From the NCBI GenBank assembly GCA_036374335.1, contig DASUUC010000085.1:1193-65192 (forward strand): 64,000 bases of DNA, read 5' to 3'. This document shows, one piece after another, positions 34,673-43,666 of this stretch (within the stretch, counting starts at the first letter, position 1; each line of letters starts with the position of its first letter). Made by a program: the position numbers and the translations under genes. Source of the DNA: Acidimicrobiia bacterium. GTDB lineage: Bacteria; Actinomycetota; Acidimicrobiia; Spongiisociales; ZC4RG35. The notes under the pieces were generated by a model. The model saw only the letters and a list, made by a program, of their open reading frames with translations. It was not told where the DNA came from and ran no database searches.

Positions 34673-36226
34673 ATGACCCAGGCCGACCTCGTTATAACGT
34701 CGGCCCGAATCTGGGATGGGAGCCCGCTGAGAGAAGAGGCAATCGCACTCCACGACGGAGTGGTCGCAGCCCAGGGGACCAACAGGGCGATGATGGATCT
34801 GGCCGACGAGGACACCCAGATCATCGACGTGGGCGGAAGACGGCTCATCCCCGGGCTCATCGACTCCCATCTGCACCTGGTGCGGGCCGGTCGAACCTGG
34901 GATGACGAGGTGCGATGGGACGACATCGACACCCTCGACGATGCACTGTCGGCGCTCCAGGACAAGGCCGGGGAGCTCGGCTCGGGCCGATGGATTGCGG
35001 TCATGGGAGGCTGGCACCCCAACCAACTCGAGGCACGCAGGGGACCGACCCGTGACGATCTCGACGCCAGGGTGCCGAACAATCCTGTGTTCGTCCAGCG
35101 AGCCTACGCCGAGACCGTCGTCAACAGCCGGGCGATGTCCCAAATGGGTTGGACCGAAGACGACGCACCAGGAGGAAGAGTCACTTCACCGCCCGCGATG
35201 GCCGCGCTGCGCGCCCGGGTCGCGGTCACCGACACCGAACACGCCGTGTCCGGGACCCGGCACCTCCTTCGAGAGCTGAACCGTCTCGGGCTGACCGGTG
35301 CCATCGACGCCTCCGGATTCGGCATCACAGCTGATTCTTACGACGCCTTCTTCCGGCTTTTCGCCGAGGGCGAGCGTGGCTTCCGGGCGCGCCTGTTGGT
35401 CGGCGCCGGCAACCCGGGGGCGGAGCTGGGCGACATCGAGAGATGGGTCGAATCGATCTCTCTCGACGACGGCGACGACTTCGTCCGCTATCTCGGAGCC
35501 GGGGAGGTCCTCGACTACGCCGCCCATGACATGGAGGGCCTGGCTCCCAAAGACATCACAGGTCGAGCTGCTGCTCTCCGGGAGGTGTCGGCCTATCTCG
35601 CCGGGAACGGATGGCCGGTGCATCTCCACTCCATCCTCGACTCCTCGGTTGGAGTCCTCCTCGACGCCTGGGAGGATCTGGATGCCGACATCTCCAGGCT
35701 TCGCTGGGCGATCTGTCATGCCGACCAGATCGGCCCAGAGAATCTGAGACGGGTACGTGACCTGGGTGTCGGGATCACCATTCAGAACGGGATGTCGATG
35801 CGTGGCGTCGACTGTGCCCCGACTTGGACCGATGACCAGCTGACCCAGGCTCCTCCGATGCGGACCATGCTCGGTCTCGGGATTCCGGTCGCCGCCGGCA
35901 CCGACGGCACCGTGGCTTGCGCCTACAACCCATGGCGGTGCGTCGCCTGGATGGTCACCGGAGAGTCGATCGATGGGGCTCTCTCACGGGTGGAGGCAGA
36001 GCGGCTGACTCGTGACGAGGCCCTGCGTCTCTACACCTCGGCAGGAGCCTGGTTCTCCTTCGAGGAGGACACCAGGGGCACGCTGCGTGAGGGAGCCCAC
36101 GCCGACCTGGCGGTGCTCTCCGCCGACCCGCTGACCGTCACCGAGTCGGAAATCGCACGCATCGAATCAGTACTGACGGTCGTGGGCGGGGAGGTGGTCC
36201 ACTCGTCACTCGAACCGCGTTCCTAA
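34673..36226 (+). CDS. Amidohydrolase-3 (YtcJ-like) metal-dependent hydrolase, cytoplasmic
   Basis: 517 aa from ATG 34673 (MTQADLVITSARIWDG). LIPGLIDSHLHLVRAG metal motif. Its TAA stop lies inside family-1 repeat copy 3. Confidence 0.85.
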   Translation: MTQADLVITSARIWDGSPLREEAIALHDGVVAAQGTNRAMMDLADEDTQIIDVGGRRLIPGLIDSHLHLVRAGRTWDDEVRWDDIDTLDDALSALQDKAGELGSGRWIAVMGGWHPNQLEARRGPTRDDLDARVPNNPVFVQRAYAETVVNSRAMSQMGWTEDDAPGGRVTSPPAMAALRARVAVTDTEHAVSGTRHLLRELNRLGLTGAIDASGFGITADSYDAFFRLFAEGERGFRARLLVGAGNPGAELGDIERWVESISLDDGDDFVRYLGAGEVLDYAAHDMEGLAPKDITGRAAALREVSAYLAGNGWPVHLHSILDSSVGVLLDAWEDLDADISRLRWAICHADQIGPENLRRVRDLGVGITIQNGMSMRGVDCAPTWTDDQLTQAPPMRTMLGLGIPVAAGTDGTVACAYNPWRCVAWMVTGESIDGALSRVEAERLTRDEALRLYTSAGAWFSFEEDTRGTLREGAHADLAVLSADPLTVTESEIARIESVLTVVGGEVVHSSLEPRS

Positions 36227-36265
36227 TGCTGTGGCTCCCATATTTGGGAGTTTCAGCGTTTCATT
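36219..36265 (+). repeat. Family-1 47-nt structured element, copy 3
   Basis: GTTCCTAATGCTGTGGCTCCCATATTTGGGAGTTTCAGCGTTTCATT. The TAA at 36224-36226 is the amidohydrolase stop. It sits in the 66-nt gap before ridA. Confidence 0.85.
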
Positions 36266-36292
36266 CGGGATCGAACCTGGCAGGGTGACTTC

Positions 36293-36691
36293 ATGCAAGA
36301 ATCGATCAATCCCCCATCGCTGCCCACGCCGGCGGGTTACTCACAAGTGGTCCGCGTCTCTGGTGGGACCACTATCTACATCGCGGGCCAGGTGGCCTGG
36401 AACGAGGACGGCAACCTGGTCGGGGCCACAGACTTCGAGGCCCAGACCCGCCAGGTGTTCCACAACCTCGCCGCGGCGCTGGCTGCGGTCGATGCCGGTC
36501 TCTCACACCTGGTCAAGATCGGCATCTACGTCGTCGACCACGACAGCTCGAAGCTACAGACGATCCGTCTGGTTCGTGACGAGTTCTTCGGTGACATCAC
36601 TCCCCCCGCCTCCACCCTCCTCGGGGTAGAAGGTCTTGCCGTCCCCGACCTGATGATCGAGGTCGACGCCATCGCCTTCGTGGAGGACTGA
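36293..36691 (+). CDS. RidA (YjgF/YER057c/UK114) family protein
   Basis: 132 aa. PAGYSQVVRVSGGTTIYIAGQVAW ... TLLGVEGLAVPDLMIEVDAIA is typical of RidA. Confidence 0.85.
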   Translation: MQESINPPSLPTPAGYSQVVRVSGGTTIYIAGQVAWNEDGNLVGATDFEAQTRQVFHNLAAALAAVDAGLSHLVKIGIYVVDHDSSKLQTIRLVRDEFFGDITPPASTLLGVEGLAVPDLMIEVDAIAFVED

Positions 36692-36701
36692 GCCAAGTCA
36701 C

Positions 36702-36748
36702 TTCTGTGAGGATTTCTCTCCGGTTACCGGAAAGAAATCTTCACAGAA
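36702..36748. repeat. Family-2-related long hairpin, copy D (divergent); bidirectional terminator between ridA and livF
   Basis: ttctgtgaggatttctctccgg-tta-ccggaaagaaatcttcacagaa, 20 of 22 bp paired. It shares the TTCTGTG...CACAGAA termini of family 2. Confidence 0.6.
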
Positions 36749-36772
36749 CCAAATCGGCCACGCCGGACCGCT

Positions 36773-37492
36773 CTACATCCCCAGGTAAGCCTTGCGAAGT
36801 CGTTCGTCGTTGAGTAGAGCGTCGGCGGAGTCCTCACCCACGATCCTGCCCTCCTCGAGGACATACCCGCGGCCCGCCAGGTCGAGTGCCTCCGCGGCGT
36901 TCTGCTCGACGAGGAGTATGGACACTCCCGCCTGGTTGATCTCCGCCAACACCTCGAAGATCCCCTGCACCATGATGGGAGCCAGACCCAAGGAAGGCTC
37001 GTCGAGAAGGAGCAGCTTCGGCTTCGACATGAGGGCGCGCCCTATCGCCAGCATCTGTTGTTCCCCTCCGCTGAGAGTCCCTGCCTCTTGGTGGTGTCGC
37101 TCGGCCAGACGGGGAAAGATCTCCTGCACCCAGGCGAGGTTGCCGTCCCGCTCGGGCCGGGCCGTCGCGGCATAGGCCCCCAGGTCGAGATTGTCTGCGA
37201 CAGTCATCTTCGGGAAGATGCGACGGCCCTCGGGCACGAGTGCCAGCCCGTGGGCGCTCACCTGGAAAGGGGCAATGGACATCAGATCCGATCCGTCGAA
37301 GACAACCGACCCTCCCATGGGCTCGAGCACCCGGGCAATCGAGTTCACCAACGTGGTCTTCCCGGCTCCGTTCGGCCCCAGGATGGCGACGATCTCACCG
37401 GTGTCGACTCGCAGTGAGATGTCATGGAGCGCCGCGGCCTTCCCGTAACCGGCGGTGAGACCGGTGACCTCAAGCACTGCGACCCCGATCAC
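36773..37492 (-). CDS. livF: Branched-chain amino acid-type ABC transporter ATP-binding protein (LivF-like)
   Basis: 239 aa. GPNGAGKTT, LSGGEQQM, LLLDEPSLGLAP. Confidence 0.85.
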   Translation of the reverse strand: MIGVAVLEVTGLTAGYGKAAALHDISLRVDTGEIVAILGPNGAGKTTLVNSIARVLEPMGGSVVFDGSDLMSIAPFQVSAHGLALVPEGRRIFPKMTVADNLDLGAYAATARPERDGNLAWVQEIFPRLAERHHQEAGTLSGGEQQMLAIGRALMSKPKLLLLDEPSLGLAPIMVQGIFEVLAEINQAGVSILLVEQNAAEALDLAGRGYVLEEGRIVGEDSADALLNDERLRKAYLGM

Positions 37493-38201
37493 CGAGATAG
37501 GCGGTGACCACTGCCGGGTCGGACATGACCGCCCCGGGCTCGCCTTCGGCGATGACCGCCCCGTGGTTGAGGACCACGAGCCTGTCGGAGAGGGCGGTGA
37601 CCGCCCGCACCACGTGCTCCACGATGAGGATGGTGATTCCCTGGGAGTGGATTCTGCGGATCATCTCCACCGACTCGTCGATCTCACTCGGGTTGAGGCC
37701 GGCGAGGACCTCGTCGAGCAGCAAGAGGCTGGGCTGGGTGGCCAGAGCTCGGGCGAGCTCGAGAAACTTGAGCTGATGAAGGGTCAGCTCCCCGACCCCG
37801 AGGTCGGCCACGTCGGCGAGGCCGGTGAAGTCGAGCCACTCCTGAGCCGCATCCTGGGCACCGTCGAAGCTGTGTCGACTATGGCCGAACATGTGGCTGA
37901 CGGCGATGTTCTGCCGGGGGGTCATCGTGTTGAAGGGGCGTGGGATCTGATAGGTGCGGGCAATCCCGAGAGCCGCCAGCTTGTGGGCCGGGAGGCCGGT
38001 CGCATCGGCGCCATCGAAGCTGACCCTCCCCCGGTCGGCGGGATAGAAACCGCTCAAGACATTTATCAGTGTCGACTTGCCCGAGCCGTTCGGCCCCACC
38101 AGCCCGAGGATCTCGCTCTCTCTCATCTCCATGGTGACGCCGTCGAGCGCGACCACGCCCCCGAATCTCTTGGAGACATCGGACACGGCGAGGAGGCTCA
38201 C
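37470..38201 (-). CDS. livG: Branched-chain amino acid-type ABC transporter ATP-binding protein (LivG-like)
   Basis: 243 aa. GPNGSGKST, LLLLDEVLAGLNP. GTGA overlap with the livM stop. Confidence 0.85.
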   Translation of the reverse strand: MSLLAVSDVSKRFGGVVALDGVTMEMRESEILGLVGPNGSGKSTLINVLSGFYPADRGRVSFDGADATGLPAHKLAALGIARTYQIPRPFNTMTPRQNIAVSHMFGHSRHSFDGAQDAAQEWLDFTGLADVADLGVGELTLHQLKFLELARALATQPSLLLLDEVLAGLNPSEIDESVEMIRRIHSQGITILIVEHVVRAVTALSDRLVVLNHGAVIAEGEPGAVMSDPAVVTAYLGDRGRSA

Positions 38202-39370
38202 TGGCCCGTCTCCGCTACAGCTCCCATCCCCACCGGTGGCCCCTCCTCCTGATCAGGACCATCGTCACTGCCCCGAAACCGTTCCCGGAGGCGGTCGGGC
38301 ACCAGGAGGACTAGCACTGTCACCACCATGGCGACGGCGAAATCGCTTATGAGCGACCCCATCAAGTCGAAGACCGTGGTGATGGCCATCACTCCGAAGA
38401 AGGTGACGACAGTGGTCAGCCAACGGTCACGCATTCGAACATAGACTCCTTCCTTGACCGCGAGAGCGAGGATCACCAGCAAGGACCCGATGATGATCTG
38501 GTTGACGTCGGTCAACCCGGCGCTGTTGAGACGGTCGGAGAGGGTGAAGATGATCACCGCGCCGACCACCGGCCCCATCCAGTGACCGAGGCCACCGAGG
38601 ACGCTCATCAGGATGACGAACAGCGGGACCCGGATGTTGAAGACGTCGTCCACCGTCACGAACCCGAGTTGCAGAGACCACACTCCTCCCATGAGACCGG
38701 CGAAGAACGAGTTGATGGCGAGAGCCGTCATCTTGTATCGGAACACCGGGACTCCGAGACCGCCGGCCACCGACTCGTCGTCCCGGATCGAGAACAGGCC
38801 CCACCCAAGCCTCGAGGAATAGGTCACATAGGCGGCGAGCACGGCCAGGATCATGATGACCAGCGCCATCCGATACATGGCCGTGGTGAAGTCGCCGAGG
38901 AACTCTGGTATGGGGGTACCGGTCATGAAGACACCGGTTCCACCGTCTATCGCGGGGAGCAGCCTGGCCAGGGCAGCGAGGACGAATGCGATGGCCAGGG
39001 TCGTCAACGCGAAGATCTCCCCGGTGAGCCGGCGCAGCCGGAACACCACCACCCCCAGGCCGAGCCCGGCCACGAGTGCGGCGAGACCGGCCACCGGGAG
39101 TGCAATGATGAACGACCAACCGTGCTTACCGGTGAGCACTGCGACCGCATAGACCCCGATGCCGTACCAGGCGCCTTGGCCGAAGCTGAAATAACCCGAG
39201 AAACCGGTGAGGACATTCCAGCTCGATGCCTGGGCTATCCAGAAGAATGTGGTGAAGAGGAAGATCACGAAGAAGCGAGGCAGATCGGCCGCCTCGACGA
39301 GGGCAGGCACGAAGAAGAGGGCGACGGCGGCGACGAGAAACCCGGTGAGAACCCGCCCTCTCGGGGTCAC
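38198..39370 (-). CDS. livM: Branched-chain amino acid-type ABC transporter permease (LivM-like)
   Basis: 390 aa from GTG 39370 (GTGA overlap with the livH stop). Polytopic membrane protein. Confidence 0.8.
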   Translation of the reverse strand: MTPRGRVLTGFLVAAVALFFVPALVEAADLPRFFVIFLFTTFFWIAQASSWNVLTGFSGYFSFGQGAWYGIGVYAVAVLTGKHGWSFIIALPVAGLAALVAGLGLGVVVFRLRRLTGEIFALTTLAIAFVLAALARLLPAIDGGTGVFMTGTPIPEFLGDFTTAMYRMALVIMILAVLAAYVTYSSRLGWGLFSIRDDESVAGGLGVPVFRYKMTALAINSFFAGLMGGVWSLQLGFVTVDDVFNIRVPLFVILMSVLGGLGHWMGPVVGAVIIFTLSDRLNSAGLTDVNQIIIGSLLVILALAVKEGVYVRMRDRWLTTVVTFFGVMAITTVFDLMGSLISDFAVAMVVTVLVLLVPDRLRERFRGSDDGPDQEEGPPVGMGAVAETGQ

Positions 39371-40239
39371 GCCACACTCCTCGAGGTCAGAAGGCCCTGG
39401 GGGCGGAAAAGGAGCGCCGCGATCAGGATGAGAAACGTCACCAGTGGCGCCGCCAGCGGTGCCCACATCACAGCCGCCACGCCCGCGGCGACACCGACGA
39501 TCACCCCGGCCGTCAGCGTGCCAACCGTGTTGCCGAGCCCCCCCAGGATGACCACCGGGAACACGATCCCGAACCAGCTGACCGCCAGCCCGGGAAAGAT
39601 CTGCTGCCCGACGGCGATGAACACACCGGCCAATGCTGAGAACGTCGCCGACAACCCGGAGAGAAGGACCGCCACCCGATTGGTGTCGACGCCGAAGGCT
39701 CTCGCCATCTCGGCGTCTTGAGCAACAGCCCTGACGGCCTTTCCGAAGTAGCTCCGGCTGAGCAATATCGACATGGCGACCGCGATCAGCAGGGCGGCGA
39801 CGAAAGCCATCAACGATGGGATTGGCAGTGCGGTACCGCCGATCCGAATCGAGCTGGTCCTGTAGATGTTGAGGCTGGGGCCGATCGTACGGAAGTCGGC
39901 GCTCCAGATGGTCTGCATCACGCTTTGGAGGATGATGAATACGCCGAAGGTGACGATGAGAGACTTGAACTCGTCGACCTCGAACCTGTGGAAGAACATC
40001 TGCATCAGAGCCCCGAAGACGAAGAACAAAGGCAAGACCACCGCCATCGTCAACAAGGGGTCCACCTCGAAGCTGACGGTGATCTGATAGACGAGATAGG
40101 CGCTGAGCAGGATGAACGAGAAGTGCGCCAGGTTGATGATCTTCAGGGCACCCCAGGACAGGGAGATCCCGAGGCTCATCAACGCATAGAGACCCCCGAT
40201 CAGAATGCCCGTCGCAATTCCTTGGGTGAGTAGGCCCAC
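39367..40239 (-). CDS. livH: Branched-chain amino acid-type ABC transporter permease (LivH-like)
   Basis: 290 aa polytopic protein. N-terminus LTQGIATGILIGGLYALMSLG is typical of LivH. Confidence 0.85.
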   Translation of the reverse strand: MGLLTQGIATGILIGGLYALMSLGISLSWGALKIINLAHFSFILLSAYLVYQITVSFEVDPLLTMAVVLPLFFVFGALMQMFFHRFEVDEFKSLIVTFGVFIILQSVMQTIWSADFRTIGPSLNIYRTSSIRIGGTALPIPSLMAFVAALLIAVAMSILLSRSYFGKAVRAVAQDAEMARAFGVDTNRVAVLLSGLSATFSALAGVFIAVGQQIFPGLAVSWFGIVFPVVILGGLGNTVGTLTAGVIVGVAAGVAAVMWAPLAAPLVTFLILIAALLFRPQGLLTSRSVA

Positions 40240-40275
40240 GCTCTCCCTTTCAATGTGCTCGGGGCCTGAGACCCT

Positions 40276-40311
40276 ACCCGGGCCGGCCGTATCGAGACGG
40301 CCGGCCCGGGT
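40276..40311 (-). terminator. Perfect 15-bp GC-rich intercistronic hairpin between the binding-protein gene and livH
   Basis: acccgggccggccgt-atcgag-acggccggcccgggt. It lies 7 nt after the binding-protein gene stop. It may act as a partial terminator or an mRNA-stabilising stem. Confidence 0.5.
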
Positions 40312-40317
40312 GGATGA

Positions 40318-41673
40318 TCAGCTGTCGGCCCTCGGGTATACCACGGACCTGTCCGGGGCGGCGAACTCCTCGGGGTACACCACGTACCACTCGCCGTCCT
40401 GGATCTGCTTGACCTTGGAGAGGTCCTCGAAGTAGTTCTGCTGTTCGGGGAAGAACTCGATGTCACCGTGGAACAACGTCGACACTCCGTTTTCGATCAG
40501 CCAGTCACACATTGCCTGCTGGTCGAGGCTCCCGGCTCCCTCGGCGGCTTGCTGCAGGTACTCCCACGCCGTCCACGACGCCGCCGCCTGGGTCTCCACC
40601 TTCGTGTAGGGGACACCGGCTTCTGCCAGGGCTTCGTTGATCAGCGCGGCGACCTCGACGGCTTCGGGGTCGTCGGTGAACGGTGGGTGCTCCTCGAAGA
40701 TGGTCACGGACATGATGCCGTCCGCACCTTCGGTCTCCAACAGCGGGCCGGGGGCCGGCCATTGGGTGAACATCCCTCGGGGCGAGTAGTCGATGGTCTG
40801 CATGGCGGTGATCAGCTGTGAGGCGTTGACACCGAGACCCCCGATGTAGAGGAAATCCGGATCGGCATCGGCGACCTGTGCTGCTATCGGCGCCCAGTCG
40901 GTGATCGCGGTGGGGAAGGTGACGTCGAGGACCACCTCGTAGCCTCGCTCCTCAGCTTGGGCAACGGCTCCCCCCTCGTCGGTGCCCTCCTGGCCGTAGG
41001 CAATGAACATCGTCCCGGGGAACTCGTTGATCACGAACCCGATCGTCTCCGGTGTGTTGCCCGAGCTCTCGATGGCGTCGTAGATCAGGTTGGGGTTGGT
41101 GATGTTCGGGTGCAGACCCGTCGACCACGAGCTGAAGTGACACTGGTAGTTGTAGGCGTAGGTCAAGCTCGCCGTGTGGTGAGGGAAGACATATCCGTAT
41201 CTCTCCGCCACGGCCATCGCCGCGGTGATGTTTCCCGTCCCGTAAGGACCGATGATGAGGTCGACCTCGTCTTCGGTGATCAAACGCTCGTAGGCGGCGG
41301 CGGCGTTCTCCGGAAGCGACTCGTCGTCGAGCAAGACCCATTCCACGGGACGACCCAACAGACCACCCTGCTCGTTGATTCTTTCGACGAAGACCTTGCC
41401 GACGGCTTCGTGAATCACCCCGGTCGCGGCCAGGAACCCGGTCAGGGCCAGAGTCCCGCCGATCCGGATCGGGTCACCGCTGGCCTCGCCGGTCGTGTCC
41501 GTCATCTCCTCGGTGGTGTCAGTGGGTTCTTCGGTGGTGTCGGTCGGCGCTTCGGTGGTGTCCGCACCGGCGGGAGCTGTGGTGTCGCCGCCTTCACCAT
41601 CGTCCCCGCACGCAGCCAAGACCATGGCCAGAGCGGTCAAGATCGCCAGGTATCTCCATCTGTGACTTCTCAT
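40318..41673 (-). CDS. Liv-type (family 4) ABC transporter substrate-binding lipoprotein
   Basis: 451 aa from ATG 41673 (GAGGAGGAAACGA upstream). Lipobox VLAACGD. Thr/Glu-rich linker. LivJ/amide-binding-like body (IRIGGTLALTGFLAATG). Confidence 0.8.
   Translation of the reverse strand: MRSHRWRYLAILTALAMVLAACGDDGEGGDTTAPAGADTTEAPTDTTEEPTDTTEEMTDTTGEASGDPIRIGGTLALTGFLAATGVIHEAVGKVFVERINEQGGLLGRPVEWVLLDDESLPENAAAAYERLITEDEVDLIIGPYGTGNITAAMAVAERYGYVFPHHTASLTYAYNYQCHFSSWSTGLHPNITNPNLIYDAIESSGNTPETIGFVINEFPGTMFIAYGQEGTDEGGAVAQAEERGYEVVLDVTFPTAITDWAPIAAQVADADPDFLYIGGLGVNASQLITAMQTIDYSPRGMFTQWPAPGPLLETEGADGIMSVTIFEEHPPFTDDPEAVEVAALINEALAEAGVPYTKVETQAAASWTAWEYLQQAAEGAGSLDQQAMCDWLIENGVSTLFHGDIEFFPEQQNYFEDLSKVKQIQDGEWYVVYPEEFAAPDRSVVYPRADS
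41506..41568 (-). repeat. Three tandem 21-bp repeats encoding the (P)TDTTEE linker of the binding lipoprotein
   Basis: The plus-strand core cggtggtgtc recurs at 41511, 41532 and 41553 (period 21). Protein sequence: TEAPTDTTEEPTDTTEEMTDTTGE. Confidence 0.8.
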
Positions 41674-41893
41674 TCGTTTCCTCCTCGCGCAGCATCCGCC
41701 CTTTCGGGACGAATTGTTCAGCGACACTACACAACGTAGGTCGGTCGTGTAGTCATACTGATGAACTCATCCTCGCGGTAAACACGTTTGTCTTTGGAGA
41801 AGCTCTGAACAGTCACACTGCACAGCTCGAACGGTTTCGTATAGGTTTGACTGACACCGTGGAGCCGGTTGCAGACCAAGAGGAGAAGGCGCG

Positions 41894-43666
41894 ATGACAG
41901 ACGAACCGACGAGCCATCAAGACAGCGAGGGCGAGTCAGCACCGGACCGAAACGAGACCCAATCCGGAACGGGTGGGTTCTCTCGTCGTCAATTCATCGC
42001 GGGAGCGGCCGCCGCAGGAGCAGCCGGCGTTCTTGGTGTGCCCTCGGTGGCCTCAGCCGCGGGTTCGTCGCCCTATCTGCAGGTCATCGGTGGTGACGAT
42101 GAGCCCGACCTGATCCTCATCAACGGGAAGATCCACACCATGGACGACGACGGCACGGTGGCCTCTTCGGTCACCATTCGCAATGGCCGATTCGCCAACG
42201 TCGACAGAGGGGCGCGGGCGCGGGGGCCGAACGCTTCTGTGGTGAACCTGAAGGGGCGCACCGTCGTCCCCGGGATCATCGACGATCACAACCACATCGT
42301 GTTGATGGGGAACCGCCCCGGCTTTCACACTCCCCTGGAGAACACCAACTCCATCGCCGAGGTTCAGGCCACGCTGGCGGCAAGGGCGGCGGGGGTTCCG
42401 TCCGGAGAGTGGATCACCACCATCGGTGGCTTCAACATCCTCCAGTTCGCCGAGGCCCGGTTCCCGACCAAGGCCGAGCTCGATGACGCTGTCCCCGACC
42501 ACCCGGTGTTTGTCTCGCAGAGCTTCTCAGGGCCCTCGGCGACCAACTCCGCAGGTGCCGCCATCCTGGGCGCCAATGGCGTCACGGTGGGAGCCGATGG
42601 CGAGATTGCAACAGGCGGTGCCGGTGCCACGGGTGAGGCTCTCCTCTTCCTCCGTCAGACTCTCCTCACTCCGGGGACGCGTCGCCGCGGCGCCGCGGAT
42701 GCCATGGCCTACGGTGCGTCGCTCGGAGTGACCACCCATCTCGACCAGGGGGCGTTCCAGGAGACCGGTCAGCCGTCGGACGGTGCGGCTCACGAGGACA
42801 ACTACACGATGCACATCCCGTTCCTGGAGATGTATCGCTCTGGAGGGCTCGGGACGAGGTTGCGGATCAACTTCCTCAACCTCGAAGAAGACCCCGAGAC
42901 CCCTCAGCTGATCGCAAGACTGAAGAATGCCTTTCCCTTCTTCGGAGGTGATTTGGTCAAGACCGGAGGCATTGGCGAGTTCACCGCCGGTAACCCTTTC
43001 GAGCTCTTTCAGGGACCCGAGCCCAGCGAGGCCTGGAAAAACGGGACGTTGCGGGTGGCTGAGGCAGGGTGGAGGAACGAGAACCACTCGCTCAGTGGAA
43101 CCGACTTCATGGCCATCATCGAGGGCTGGGAAGAGGTGAACGCCCAGGTCCCCATCACCGATCTGCGATGGGTGCTCGCCCACGTCCCGTTCATAACAGA
43201 GGAGTACGTGAACCGGTTGCATGCGCTCGGGGGAGGCTTGAGCCTGACCGGATGGCGATACCTCGCAGGCACCGCGGGCGGCAACGGCCCACCTTTCCGG
43301 ATGATCGTAGACAACGGCATCCCGACCGGAATGAGCTCGGACGGCATGCAAATCGCCCCGATGAACCCGTGGCTGCACATGTACTATGCCACGACCGGGA
43401 TCAATGCCGCCGGCGAGCTGATCAACGATGGGCAACAGATCAGCCGCGAGGAAGTACTCCGGCTGTACACAGCGGACAATCGTTGGTTCCTCGGCGAGGA
43501 CGACATCGGCACCATCGAAGTGGGCCATCACGCCGACTTGGTGGTGCTGAACGACGACTACTTCGCGGTATCCGACGAGGGTCTCAAGGACATCCAGTCC
43601 GTGCTGACCTTCGTGGGCGGGAAGGTCGTCCACGACGCAGGAGTCCTGCAGAAACCATCACCATGA
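41894..43666 (+). CDS. Amidohydrolase-3 (YtcJ-like) metal-dependent hydrolase with a Tat signal peptide
   Basis: 590 aa. Twin-arginine leader SRRQFIAGAAAAGAAGVLGVPSVASA. PGIIDDHNHIVLMG metal motif. Paralogue of 34673-36226. Confidence 0.85.
   Translation: MTDEPTSHQDSEGESAPDRNETQSGTGGFSRRQFIAGAAAAGAAGVLGVPSVASAAGSSPYLQVIGGDDEPDLILINGKIHTMDDDGTVASSVTIRNGRFANVDRGARARGPNASVVNLKGRTVVPGIIDDHNHIVLMGNRPGFHTPLENTNSIAEVQATLAARAAGVPSGEWITTIGGFNILQFAEARFPTKAELDDAVPDHPVFVSQSFSGPSATNSAGAAILGANGVTVGADGEIATGGAGATGEALLFLRQTLLTPGTRRRGAADAMAYGASLGVTTHLDQGAFQETGQPSDGAAHEDNYTMHIPFLEMYRSGGLGTRLRINFLNLEEDPETPQLIARLKNAFPFFGGDLVKTGGIGEFTAGNPFELFQGPEPSEAWKNGTLRVAEAGWRNENHSLSGTDFMAIIEGWEEVNAQVPITDLRWVLAHVPFITEEYVNRLHALGGGLSLTGWRYLAGTAGGNGPPFRMIVDNGIPTGMSSDGMQIAPMNPWLHMYYATTGINAAGELINDGQQISREEVLRLYTADNRWFLGEDDIGTIEVGHHADLVVLNDDYFAVSDEGLKDIQSVLTFVGGKVVHDAGVLQKPSP

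Noticed and set aside
41728-41893. The AT-richer 166-bp divergent region between the Liv binding-protein gene and the Tat amidohydrolase, with a short inverted repeat CTACAC...GTGTAG, as a possible operator.
   Set aside because: The arms are only 6 bp and there is no second copy elsewhere in the window. This is not enough to call a regulatory site.
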